Of a stretch of 26,226 nt of DNA, positions 16,900-23,998 are shown in pieces. The position numbers and the translations under genes were made by a program. How positions within the stretch are numbered: position 1 is the stretch's first letter; each line of letters opens with the position of its first letter. This DNA is from a virus. Lineage: Duplodnaviria; Caudoviricetes. The stretch is taken from IMG/VR virus record IMGVR_UViG_3300023076_000008, positions 1-26,226 of that record. One strand, 5' to 3'. The notes beneath the pieces were generated by a model, which did not search any database, was not told the DNA's origin, and was given only the letters and a program-made list of their open reading frames with translations.

Positions 16900-17229
16900 C
16901 TAAGACGGCGACTCGACGATCTCGAAGGACTCGCCGCGGGCCGTGTCCCAGTTGTCGCGGTGAATCACGCTCCAGTCCGCCCCCGCGGCCGTCGTGTGCA
17001 GCTCCAGCGCCACGAACGTCCGGAGGTCAACGTCCACACCCCAGAGCCGTCCAGCGCCCAGCGCGGCCCAGTAGGAGGCGCGGCCCGTCGAGCCGTCCTG
17101 TCGCCGGTACTCCACGGACCCGTCGGCGGTCCGGCGGAACGCGAGCGGCGTGGGGGCCGGCCCGCGGGCGCTGCCCGCCAGCCTGGTCAGCACTGCGCCG
17201 ACCGGGCGGGGCTTCCACTTGCGCGCCAT
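16900..17229 (-). CDS. Hypothetical protein
   Basis: MARKWKPRPVG...; TGATG coupling with the upstream gene. Confidence 0.7.
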   Translation of the reverse strand: MARKWKPRPVGAVLTRLAGSARGPAPTPLAFRRTADGSVEYRRQDGSTGRASYWAALGAGRLWGVDVDLRTFVALELHTTAAGADWSVIHRDNWDTARGESFEIVESPS

Positions 17230-17591
17230 CACGCGGCCAGGCGGGCGGCCGCAGCGGCAAACACGCGGGCGGCGTGCACGTCCTTGGCCGGGCGGTAGTC
17301 GGCGAGCCGGGCGACGAACCGCGACCGGTCGTACAGCTTGACGTCGACGCGCTTGGTCCGGCGACCGGCCAGCTTGATCACGGTGGTGCCGGTGGCCGCA
17401 CGGACCAGGCCGCGAGAGAACGCGGGGGCGAACCGGCGGGCGGTCGCCGCGTCGACTCCGGCGGCGAGCAGCTGCACCCGGACGGGGGCGACCACGGCGC
17501 GGGCCATGCGCTTCACAGCGCGGCGCTGCTCGCGCACGTTGCGGGTGATGGTGCGGAGCTGGGCGCGGCGCTGGCGGCTGGTCGCGATCAT
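17229..17591 (-). CDS. Basic Arg/Ala-rich hypothetical protein
   Basis: MIATSRQRRAQLR...; SD GGAGGAG in the repeat leader. Confidence 0.75.
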   Translation of the reverse strand: MIATSRQRRAQLRTITRNVREQRRAVKRMARAVVAPVRVQLLAAGVDAATARRFAPAFSRGLVRAATGTTVIKLAGRRTKRVDVKLYDRSRFVARLADYRPAKDVHAARVFAAAAARLAA

Positions 17592-17631
17592 GGGGGTTCT
17601 CCTCCGTGGAGTCGTTCCGGGGTGTGACACA

Positions 17632-17678
17632 AGCGTACCCCCTACAGGTCGGGGTAGTCAACCCGGTAGGGGGTACGC
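17632..17678 (-). promoter_or_regulatory. Repeat promoter copy 2: TTGACT-18-TACGCT, with 13-bp inverted repeat
   Basis: GCGTACCCCCTAC (17633-17645) / GTAGGGGGTACGC (17666-17678). Confidence 0.75.
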
Positions 17679-17684
17679 GTCCGA

Positions 17685-17981
17685 CTACTTCGTGATGACC
17701 CGAATCCGGCGATCCGCCGGGTGGATGATCACGCACACGCCGTCACTGTTGAACCCGGCCATGGAGCCGTCAGCCTGCCCGATCCAGCGGTTGCGGTGAG
17801 CCATGCTGGCGTCCAGCTTGTTGACCTCCCAGAGAACGGCGACCTTGCCCGCGCCGAACATCTCCACGAGTTCCCGTGCGGTGAACACGTCGCTGCGCTT
17901 GCCGGCGGTCCTGACGACGTAGCGCCCGGCATAGGTGTCCTTCTCGATGAACGGGATCGGGGCGCTCGCGGTGTTCGTCAC
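17685..17981 (-). CDS. Hypothetical protein
   Basis: GTG start after GGGAGAACC leader; (M)TNTASAPIPFIEKD... Confidence 0.75.
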   Translation of the reverse strand: MTNTASAPIPFIEKDTYAGRYVVRTAGKRSDVFTARELVEMFGAGKVAVLWEVNKLDASMAHRNRWIGQADGSMAGFNSDGVCVIIHPADRRIRVITK

Positions 17982-18020
17982 GGTGGTTCTCCCTGTCGGT
18001 CGTTCCGGTGGTGTGGCATA

Positions 18021-18064
18021 AGCATACCCCCTACGGTCCGGGATGCACAAGACCGTAGGGGGTA
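18021..18064 (-). promoter_or_regulatory. Repeat promoter copy 3: TTGTGC-18-TATGCT, with 14-bp inverted repeat
   Basis: TACCCCCTACGGTC (18025-18038) / GACCGTAGGGGGTA (18051-18064). Confidence 0.75.
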
Positions 18065-18081
18065 CGGATTTTCTGTCGAGA

Positions 18082-18552
18082 TCAGGCAGCCGCGGTGAGC
18101 AGCGCGGCCTCCGCGATCTGCGCGCGGCACCGGGCCAGCATGTCGAGCACCATCGCACGCCACTGGAGTCCGGTCTGCTCGCTCGCCCACGTCGAACCCC
18201 AGTGCTGCCCTGCGTACTTCATCTGAGCATCGATCAAGGTGTACTTATCCAGTTCCCCCGCCTCAGGAAGCCCGTAGTGGGCAAGCATCTGCCGAGCGTC
18301 TTCCGCGTTCGAGAGGGTCCGCTCGTGCGCCCAGCGGGCGGACTGGAGCACCGCGCGGCCGCCACCCTTGACGGCGAGCGCGCGGGCCGCGCACGTCGAG
18401 CCGTAGTAGGTGACGTCTTCCGCGTTCTGGTCCGCGTCGAGCACCGCCAGGATGACGGTCGAGCGGAGTCCGGTCTTGCCGCAGCGCTGGCACACCACGC
18501 ACTCGTCGGTGACGCCGATGTAGCGGAAGGCGGGGGCGGTGGTCTGCGTCAT
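18082..18552 (-). CDS. Putative Zn-finger hypothetical protein
   Basis: GVTDECVVCQRCGKTGLRSTV...YYGSTCAARAL; repeat leader. Confidence 0.8.
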   Translation of the reverse strand: MTQTTAPAFRYIGVTDECVVCQRCGKTGLRSTVILAVLDADQNAEDVTYYGSTCAARALAVKGGGRAVLQSARWAHERTLSNAEDARQMLAHYGLPEAGELDKYTLIDAQMKYAGQHWGSTWASEQTGLQWRAMVLDMLARCRAQIAEAALLTAAA

Positions 18553-18588
18553 GTCGGTTCTCCCTGGTGCGGTTGTCCCTGTACGACA

Positions 18589-18634
18589 AGCATGCCCCCT
18601 ACGGTCCTGCGAGCGCAAGACCGTAGGGGGCATG
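18589..18634 (-). promoter_or_regulatory. Repeat promoter copy 4: TTGCGC-18-CATGCT, with perfect 16-bp inverted repeat
   Basis: CATGCCCCCTACGGTC (18591-18606) / GACCGTAGGGGGCATG (18619-18634). Confidence 0.7.
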
Positions 18635-18636
18635 GA

Positions 18637-19062
18637 TCAGCCGAGCATCCAATCGGGCAGCCCCGCGTCCGGGCTGCTCTCCGGGATGGCGCCCAGCTCG
18701 ACCGCGGAAGGCCCGACAGCCAAGTCCACGCGACCCACCTTGCCGGCGCCGCGGCAGGGCTCACAGCGCCCGTCAAAAGGGCCGGCGTTGACCCGGTCCA
18801 TGTTCGTGGCGTCGAACACGCGTCCCGTGCCGGAGCAGCGGGCGCACGGTGCGAACCGGGTAACCGTCGCACCGGGGTAGCGGTCCACGTAGGCCTGAAC
18901 CTTGCGCAGCGCCTCCTCCAGGAGACTCTGTCGCGCCTCTGGGTAGCCCGCCTGGCGGCCGGAGGGGATGGAGACGAGCATCCGTTCACGCTCCAGCTGG
19001 ACCACGGTCACTACGAACGAGCCGCCTTCGTCGTACACGTTGACCGCAGTGGCGTTCGACAT
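18637..19062 (-). CDS. Hypothetical protein with a DnaJ-type CxxCxGxG zinc finger
   Basis: CARCSGTG...CEPCRGAG; repeat leader. Confidence 0.75.
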   Translation of the reverse strand: MSNATAVNVYDEGGSFVVTVVQLERERMLVSIPSGRQAGYPEARQSLLEEALRKVQAYVDRYPGATVTRFAPCARCSGTGRVFDATNMDRVNAGPFDGRCEPCRGAGKVGRVDLAVGPSAVELGAIPESSPDAGLPDWMLG

Positions 19063-19098
19063 TCGGTTCTCCCTGGCGGTTGTTCCGGTGATGACATA

Positions 19099-19143
19099 AG
19101 CATACCCCCTACAGTCGCCGCAGCGCAACCCGAAGGGGGTATG
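19099..19143 (-). promoter_or_regulatory. Repeat promoter copy 5: TTGCGC-18-TATGCT, with 10-bp inverted repeat
   Basis: CATACCCCCT (19101-19110) / AGGGGGTATG (19134-19143). Confidence 0.75.
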
Positions 19144-19161
19144 TATTCATTGGCTATCGAT

Positions 19162-19335
19162 CTATCTCCGCTTGCCCCCGCGCAGCGCGAGCCCCGCCAG
19201 CACCGCGCCCGCCACCCACGTCCAGGGGTTGGCCATCAGGTAGCCGGTCGCCGCGGTGAGGGCGAACCAGGCGTAGTCGAGCGCGCCGGGGGGCAGCTCG
19301 CCGGCGCCGGGGGTCCGGGCGAGAAATGCATTCAT
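19162..19335 (-). CDS. 57-aa membrane microprotein (not in the ORF track)
   Basis: MNAFLARTPGAGELPPGALDYAWFALTAATGYLMANPWTWVAGAVLAGLALRGGKRR; high GC3; hydrophobic segments and a basic tail. Confidence 0.6.
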   Translation of the reverse strand: MNAFLARTPGAGELPPGALDYAWFALTAATGYLMANPWTWVAGAVLAGLALRGGKRR

Positions 19336-19388
19336 CGGCTATCGATCCATTCCACTCGGGTCGGGCAGGTGGGTGGGGGTGGGACACC

Positions 19389-19419
19389 CGGCCCACCGGT
19401 GGGCCTCACCGGCGGGCCG
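19389..19419 (-). terminator. Hairpin terminator
   Basis: CGGCCCACCGGTG-ggcct-CACCGGCGGGCCG, just after the stop at 19426. Confidence 0.65.
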
Positions 19420-19425
19420 AGGGGC

Positions 19426-19626
19426 TCAGGCGGCGTACAGGCCGTCGGGGAGCACGGTGACCTGGTGGACGTCGCCCGACTCCGGGTCGTACTCGCTGAC
19501 GATGATGCTGCCGGCGGCGCCCTTGCGGAGGGTCAGGCGGTTGGTGGTGTCCTTGCGGATGAGCGCGATGCGGGCGGCCTGGGCGGTGGTGGCGGTCTGG
19601 GCTGCGGTGTTCTTCGTCGTCGTCAT
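19426..19626 (-). CDS. Small hypothetical protein, probably leaderless
   Basis: MTTTKNTAAQ...; ATG follows the TATGCT hexamer after 6 nt; no SD. Confidence 0.7.
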   Translation of the reverse strand: MTTTKNTAAQTATTAQAARIALIRKDTTNRLTLRKGAAGSIIVSEYDPESGDVHQVTVLPDGLYAA

Positions 19627-19632
19627 GTAAGA

Positions 19633-19662
19633 AGCATACCCCACCGTGTGGGGGGTATGCAA
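19633..19662 (-). promoter_or_regulatory. Repeat promoter copy 6: TTGCAT-18-TATGCT, palindromic
   Basis: GCATACCCC-N9-GGGGTATGC (19634-19660). Confidence 0.75.
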
Positions 19663-19713
19663 CCCCCTGTTCGAGAAAGTTCGTGAGAGCGCTTCCATGG
19701 CTGGTCAGGACCG

Positions 19714-19740
19714 TGCCCCGCCTGGCGACCAGGCGGGGCA
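19714..19740 (-). terminator. Hairpin terminator
   Basis: Perfect 12-bp inverted repeat TGCCCCGCCTGG-cga-CCAGGCGGGGCA. Confidence 0.7.
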
Positions 19741-19749
19741 GCCCTCCGG

Positions 19750-19986
19750 CTAGCGCTGCTGGGCGATCTCCCGCGGCACCCGGACCACGTACTCCTGACC
19801 GTCCTCGTCCGCCCTGACCGTCGCGGTGGTCATCCGCGCGCCGGCCGGGGCGGGGTCCACGCTGACGATCACGCCGGGCACGTTGCCCTGTCCGCGCTTG
19901 GAGCCGATCCGCTCCAGGCTGGCCCACTGACCGATCATGTGGTCGGTGTCGGGGAAGGGCTGGCGGGGGGCGGTGGTGTTCGTCAT
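19750..19986 (-). CDS. Small hypothetical protein
   Basis: MTNTTAPRQPF...; GGGAGAACC leader. Confidence 0.7.
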   Translation of the reverse strand: MTNTTAPRQPFPDTDHMIGQWASLERIGSKRGQGNVPGVIVSVDPAPAGARMTTATVRADEDGQEYVVRVPREIAQQR

Positions 19987-20025
19987 GGCGGTTCTCCCTG
20001 AGTGGTTGTCCCTTGGTGTACCCAA

Positions 20026-20110
20026 AGCATACCCCCTACGGCGGGTAGGATGCAACCCCCCTACCGAAATTAGTTTGGATTCATCACCTATGAATACATA
20101 CCCCCTACGG
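20026..20110 (-). promoter_or_regulatory. Repeat promoter copy 7: TTGCAT-18-TATGCT, plus two extra core copies upstream
   Basis: Hexamers at 20050-20055 and 20026-20031; extra CCCCCTAC at 20057 and CATACCCCCTACGG at 20097. Confidence 0.75.
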
Positions 20111-20112
20111 AT

Positions 20113-20703
20113 TCACCCCAGGCGCGACCGCCGGTACGCGCGCTCCAGCCCCTGGAGGATCACCGTCACGCCGCGCTTCTCCAGCCCGGTGCGCAGCGCC
20201 CCCGAGTCCCGAAGCTGCTCGGTCACCGAGAACACCGCCAAGCGGTACTGCTCCAGTGCCTGGCGCTCCCTGTCCAGGTGGGCCCACAAGGCGCTGTCGT
20301 GCTCGCGCTGGGCTGCCACCAGGGCAGGCAGCTCCGCGGGCTCCACGCCGTTTTCAGCGGCGAATTCGATGACCCACCTGGACAGCGCCTCCAGACGGTC
20401 GGACTCCGAACCGCGCAGCGCTGCCAGCTCGACCGCCTGCGCGCCGTTCGCGGCCTCCAGCTGGCGGACCCGATCAGCCTGCGCGCGGCTGATCTCGGAC
20501 AGCACGCGGAGCTGACGGCTCGCCGTGCGCGCCAGGTGCCACAGGCGCAGCACGAGGTGTGCGGGCAGGGGCACGGTCACGTGAGCGAGCATGGCCGCGC
20601 GCCCGTCGGGCTCGACGCCGTACTGCGTGGCGTAGGCGTGCACGTCGTCGCCGAACTTGTCGAGCTGGTCGGCGGTCTGGTCGGCCGGGCTCTGGGTGGT
20701 CAC
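20113..20703 (-). CDS. Coiled-coil hypothetical protein
   Basis: GTG20703 with SD GAGAGGA; L/E/R/Q heptad-rich. Confidence 0.7.
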   Translation of the reverse strand: MTTQSPADQTADQLDKFGDDVHAYATQYGVEPDGRAAMLAHVTVPLPAHLVLRLWHLARTASRQLRVLSEISRAQADRVRQLEAANGAQAVELAALRGSESDRLEALSRWVIEFAAENGVEPAELPALVAAQREHDSALWAHLDRERQALEQYRLAVFSVTEQLRDSGALRTGLEKRGVTVILQGLERAYRRSRLG

Positions 20704-20736
20704 GTCGGATCCTCTCGATTGATCTTGAACGGGGAA

Positions 20737-20775
20737 GCGGGGCACCTGCACCGGGGAAGGGTGCAGGTGCCCCGC
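20737..20775 (-). terminator. Hairpin terminator
   Basis: Perfect 16-bp inverted repeat GCGGGGCACCTGCACC/GGTGCAGGTGCCCCGC. Confidence 0.75.
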
Positions 20776-20786
20776 GAGCCATCGGG

Positions 20787-21017
20787 CTAGCGGAGGCTGG
20801 ACGCCGGAACCTTGGCGACCACGAACACGTCAGCCGCCAAGCGCTCGAAGCAGTAGGACCAAATGCCAGCGGTGGCCACCGTGCGGGACCGGGTGCGCAG
20901 GCGGTGGAAGGCACCGGCCACGAGGTCCGCAGAGACGCCCATGCCGGCCAGCATTCGGTGCGCCTGGTCTTCGGTGACCGCGTTGGCGGGGGCGGTGGTG
21001 GAGGTGGTGTTCGTCAT
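20787..21017 (-). CDS. Small hypothetical protein
   Basis: MTNTTSTTAP...; GGGAGAACC leader. Confidence 0.75.
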   Translation of the reverse strand: MTNTTSTTAPANAVTEDQAHRMLAGMGVSADLVAGAFHRLRTRSRTVATAGIWSYCFERLAADVFVVAKVPASSLR

Positions 21018-21055
21018 GATCGGTTCTCCCTCTCGGTTGTTCCTGGTGTGGTTGA

Positions 21056-21085
21056 AGCATACCCCCTACGAGGCGGGGTGCGCAA
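21056..21085 (-). promoter_or_regulatory. Repeat promoter copy 8: TTGCGC-18-TATGCT
   Basis: GTAGGGGGTATGCT core, which contains the TAG stop of the upstream gene. Confidence 0.75.
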
Positions 21086-21317
21086 CCCTCTTCCCCGCGC
21101 GGACCTCGGCACGCCACCTGACCAGGCCGTACGTGTTCACCGCCGAGAACAGGCCTACCGAGAACAGGAACCCCCACTGCCGAGTCGTCACCGCGTACGC
21201 CAGCCACAACCCCTGGCACAGCAGCCCGACGACGACCCCCCACCGGACGCCACGGACCACCAACAGGTAGCCCGTGGCGCCAGCGACCGATAACGACCAC
21301 GACCACCACTGACTCAC
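21066..21317 (-). CDS. Small multi-TM membrane protein, PnuC-like half-transporter
   Basis: WWSWSLSVAGATGYLL...WGVVVGLLCQGLWLAYAVTTRQWGFL...VNTYGLVRW; GTGA overlap. Confidence 0.7.
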   Translation of the reverse strand: MSQWWSWSLSVAGATGYLLVVRGVRWGVVVGLLCQGLWLAYAVTTRQWGFLFSVGLFSAVNTYGLVRWRAEVRAGKRVAHPAS

Positions 21318-22009
21318 GGCGCCGTGCCGAACGCGAACGTGCGGGTGGTGCGGACGCGCGCACCCTGCTCGCCCTCGCGCTGCACCCACACGGAGGTCAA
21401 GTGCGGGGCGTTCGTCGTCGGACCGGTACCCAGCACCAGGAACGTCCGGTGCCCGTAGGTGTCGCGGATGCGGTAGGCCGGGGCGCTCACGACCGGGGCC
21501 GGGTGGTCGGCGGGCAGGTGGTCGAACGCTTCCGGGCCCATCGGCACCACTTCGAACGCTGCTGGGATACCGGCCACGTCGTCGGCAGGATGCGTGCGGG
21601 TGGCGTCCATCATCACCCGCACGACACCGTTCGAACAGATCTCGGCCACGGTCCCCATGGCGCCGTCACAGATCCGGCGAACGCGGGTGTTCACGGCGAA
21701 CGCGGCCGGGGTCGCCGTCCGGCCAGTGTGCGACGGGTCCTCTGCGGTCGCGGCGTCGAACGCCTCCGCCGTGATCTTGGTCAGCTTGCGCTGGCAGGCC
21801 AGGCAGGTGACGCGGTGCGTGTGGGTGGAGCGCCGAAGCGCCTCCCCGTGGACCTCATAGGTGGCGCGCATCGTGGTGGTGCGCGACGTGGTGGTGCGCG
21901 CCGTGGTCCAGGTGTACGGGGTGATGTTCTTCCGGCAGAGGGCCGCGGTCCCGTCGCGGTTGAGCAGGTGGTGCGCCTGGGCCTGCGGGCTGCTGATCAT
22001 GGTGAGCAT
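21314..22009 (-). CDS. Hypothetical protein (H...C...VTCxxC motif plus SH3-like segment)
   Basis: AHHL...ALC...VTCLACQRK; FAVNTRVRR...GTV; repeat leader. Confidence 0.7.
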   Translation of the reverse strand: MLTMISSPQAQAHHLLNRDGTAALCRKNITPYTWTTARTTTSRTTTMRATYEVHGEALRRSTHTHRVTCLACQRKLTKITAEAFDAATAEDPSHTGRTATPAAFAVNTRVRRICDGAMGTVAEICSNGVVRVMMDATRTHPADDVAGIPAAFEVVPMGPEAFDHLPADHPAPVVSAPAYRIRDTYGHRTFLVLGTGPTTNAPHLTSVWVQREGEQGARVRTTRTFAFGTAP

Positions 22010-22051
22010 CTTCGGTTCTCCCGTGGTGTCGGTCGTTCCTGGTGTGCCATG

Positions 22052-22081
22052 AGCGTACCCCCTACGGTTGGGGGATGTCAA
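22052..22081 (-). promoter_or_regulatory. Repeat promoter copy 9: TTGACA-18-TACGCT
   Basis: Core GTAGGGGGTACGCT; the -35 contains the TGA stop of the methyltransferase gene. Confidence 0.75.
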
Positions 22082-22644
22082 ACCGCGGGTCCCCACTGCT
22101 CCGCCATGGCGAGCGCCACCCCGGAATACGTGCGGGAACGGTTCTTCGTACGCGCCTTGCTGTCCGGCATCCGGTGGATTCGGGACTCCCGCCCGTCCAC
22201 TACGTCCGTCGGGACCAGTGGGGGCAGACCCTTCAGCCACAAGCACGTCGTCTTCGTTTCGCCGTGACCGAACTGCCATGGCTGGATGATCTGGTCCGGC
22301 TTCCGCCAAGCGGTCGACAGGAATCCAACCGGGTTCTCGATCGCGATGCGCTCGACGGGTGCGTCGGCGAGCAGGCGAACGAAGTCCACCGCGGCCTGCT
22401 GACGGCCGTCCGCGCGCTTCTCCGCCCACCACCTGGCGCCGGACACGGTGAGGTGTGTGCACGGAGGGAACGCCACCATCAGGTCCCATCGGCCCGCCTG
22501 GAGCACGTCGCGCACGTCGCCGCGCAGGTGGTATTCCGGGTCGCCCTCGGTCGGCTCGGTGTCGCAGGACCAGGCATCGTGACCGCGGGCCCGGAAGGCG
22601 TCGCGCACGACGGCACTGAACTCGCAGGCGGCAAGGACTCGCAC
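22078..22644 (-). CDS. Short phage DNA cytosine-5 methyltransferase-like protein
   Basis: MRVLAACEFS...AWSCD...WDLMVAFPPCT (catalytic PC)...IENPVG...QPWQFGH...KTTCLW...AMAEQW. Confidence 0.85.
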   Translation of the reverse strand: MRVLAACEFSAVVRDAFRARGHDAWSCDTEPTEGDPEYHLRGDVRDVLQAGRWDLMVAFPPCTHLTVSGARWWAEKRADGRQQAAVDFVRLLADAPVERIAIENPVGFLSTAWRKPDQIIQPWQFGHGETKTTCLWLKGLPPLVPTDVVDGRESRIHRMPDSKARTKNRSRTYSGVALAMAEQWGPAV

Positions 22645-22675
22645 GGGCTCTCCTCATGTTCTCAGGTAGGCGACG

Positions 22676-22705
22676 ACCGTACCCCCTACTGTCGGGGGAG
22701 CGCAA
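22676..22705 (-). promoter_or_regulatory. Repeat promoter copy 10: TTGCGC-18-TACGGT
   Basis: Core GTAGGGGGTACG, which contains the upstream TAG stop at 22686. Confidence 0.7.
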
Positions 22706-23006
22706 GCCTCTGCGCCAACTCGCGCTCCGCCTCGCGGAACTGACGCCGCCAACGAGCAGCGCGCGCCCGTTGTGCCGCGAGCCGGCGGTTCCTCGCCGGG
22801 CGCCCCTTCACCGGGGGGTGGTACGTCGGGTAGAGGTACGTCGCGAACCCCGCCATGCCCGCGACCTGAATCGGGTGAGGCGTCCGGACACGCACCGCGC
22901 CGATCATGAAACCGTGCCGCGGCTTCCGGCTGGAGTGCTTCCGGTGCCGCCTCTTCGGCAGGCCATACCGCCCGTACATCGGGTCGCACCAGCACCACTG
23001 CCCCAT
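22686..23006 (-). CDS. Basic hypothetical protein
   Basis: MGQWCWCDPMYG...; TGATG coupling. Confidence 0.6.
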   Translation of the reverse strand: MGQWCWCDPMYGRYGLPKRRHRKHSSRKPRHGFMIGAVRVRTPHPIQVAGMAGFATYLYPTYHPPVKGRPARNRRLAAQRARAARWRRQFREAERELAQRLALPRQ

Positions 23007-23278
23007 CAGTTCACCGGCCCCAGCACGATGACCCGCTCCGCCCCCTCCGGCGCCCCGTCCTCGTCCTCGTCCAACCGTGGGTCCGCTTCGATCTCCTCCT
23101 CCGTCGGGTAGACGTCGCCGGACCACGTGCTGTCGGGGACGTACATCGCACCCCAGGCGCCGGCCAGCGGTGAGTGCCGGTTCCCCTCCGCATCGCTCGC
23201 GAGGACGATCCGGCGGTCGCGCGGCTCGTCCGCCAGGTAGCCGAGCAGGTCTCCCACGGTGTATTCAGACTCGCCCAT
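23006..23278 (-). CDS. Acidic phage hypothetical protein
   Basis: TVGDLL...IVLASDAEGNRHSPL...VLGPVN, a recurrent phage motif. Confidence 0.75.
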   Translation of the reverse strand: MGESEYTVGDLLGYLADEPRDRRIVLASDAEGNRHSPLAGAWGAMYVPDSTWSGDVYPTEEEIEADPRLDEDEDGAPEGAERVIVLGPVN

Positions 23279-23372
23279 GGCGTTTTCTCACTCTCTGTCG
23301 ATCATTCTTTGCAGTCGGGAATGTCGGGCCGGGGTCCGGACGCGCCGATCTCTACGGCGCGTGACCGTCCAT

Positions 23373-23501
23373 TTAGAACAGGGAGGGGTCAGCCCCGGCA
23401 AAGATGGCCAGCAGGGCGAACAGGGTCCAGAACCCGAGGAACACGGGCAGCGCCCACGGCCGTTCGGACGGGTCGAGCAGGGCTCCCCAGAACGTACGCA
23501 C
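23373..23501 (-). CDS. 42-aa single-TM microprotein
   Basis: (M)RTFWGALLDPSERPWALPVFLGFWTLFALLAIFAGADPSLF; SD AAGGAAG. Confidence 0.55.
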   Translation of the reverse strand: MRTFWGALLDPSERPWALPVFLGFWTLFALLAIFAGADPSLF

Positions 23502-23503
23502 GG

Positions 23504-23664
23504 CTAAGTACTTCCTTTCGTCATGGGACCTACAGGAGTAGAAAAACGCGGTGGGGTAGGCGGCTGAGCTGCGCCGACACCCTCCACGGGAAGGTCTTCG
23601 GCTTGTGCGCACGGCGGGCAGAGGTCGAGTCGCAGGTGACCACTACGCGGGTGACGGTGCTCAT
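23504..23664 (-). pseudogene. Frameshifted Zn-finger gene
   Basis: MSTVTRVVVTCD, then a frame switch near 23627 to DLCPPCAQAEDLP...KGST*. Confidence 0.5.
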
Positions 23665-23891
23665 GACCAGGCCGGGTCGAAGCCGGGGGCGCCGTGGTGC
23701 CAGTCGCGGTCGGGCGCCGGGCGCTCGTCGTCCGCGCGGATCACGTACTCCGCGCGGTGGTGGTGGTCGGCATCCTTGCCCGCCTGGCGGACCACTTCGC
23801 TCCCGTCCGACCGCTGCCACACCTTGACGTGGCAGCGGTCGCAACGGCCGAGCAGGGGACTGCGGTAGTTGACCGGCTTCGAGCGGTCCAT
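23661..23891 (-). CDS. Small hypothetical protein (CxxC...HHH)
   Basis: MDRSKPVNY...RCDRC...DHHH; SD AGGAAGGG; ATGA overlap. Confidence 0.65.
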   Translation of the reverse strand: MDRSKPVNYRSPLLGRCDRCHVKVWQRSDGSEVVRQAGKDADHHHRAEYVIRADDERPAPDRDWHHGAPGFDPAWS

Positions 23892-23998
23892 GATCAGCCC
23901 TTCCTGTCCGGGTCGAATCCGAGTCGACGCCACAGCGGGCGCCGGCCGCGTCGAGCAGCGGCGCGGCGAGCCTGGAGCGGGGACGTCGTCTCCTCCGC

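Noticed and set aside
17632-19143. Bona fide integron with attC sites
   Set aside because: No RYYYAAC/GTTRRRY ends and no integrase in the window, and each cassette has its own promoter. Only the folded-site analogy is kept.
17632-22705. Repeats read as a CRISPR array
   Set aside because: Spacing is 0.4-1 kb and filled with ORFs, the copies are degenerate, they carry -35/-10/SD elements, and no cas genes are seen.
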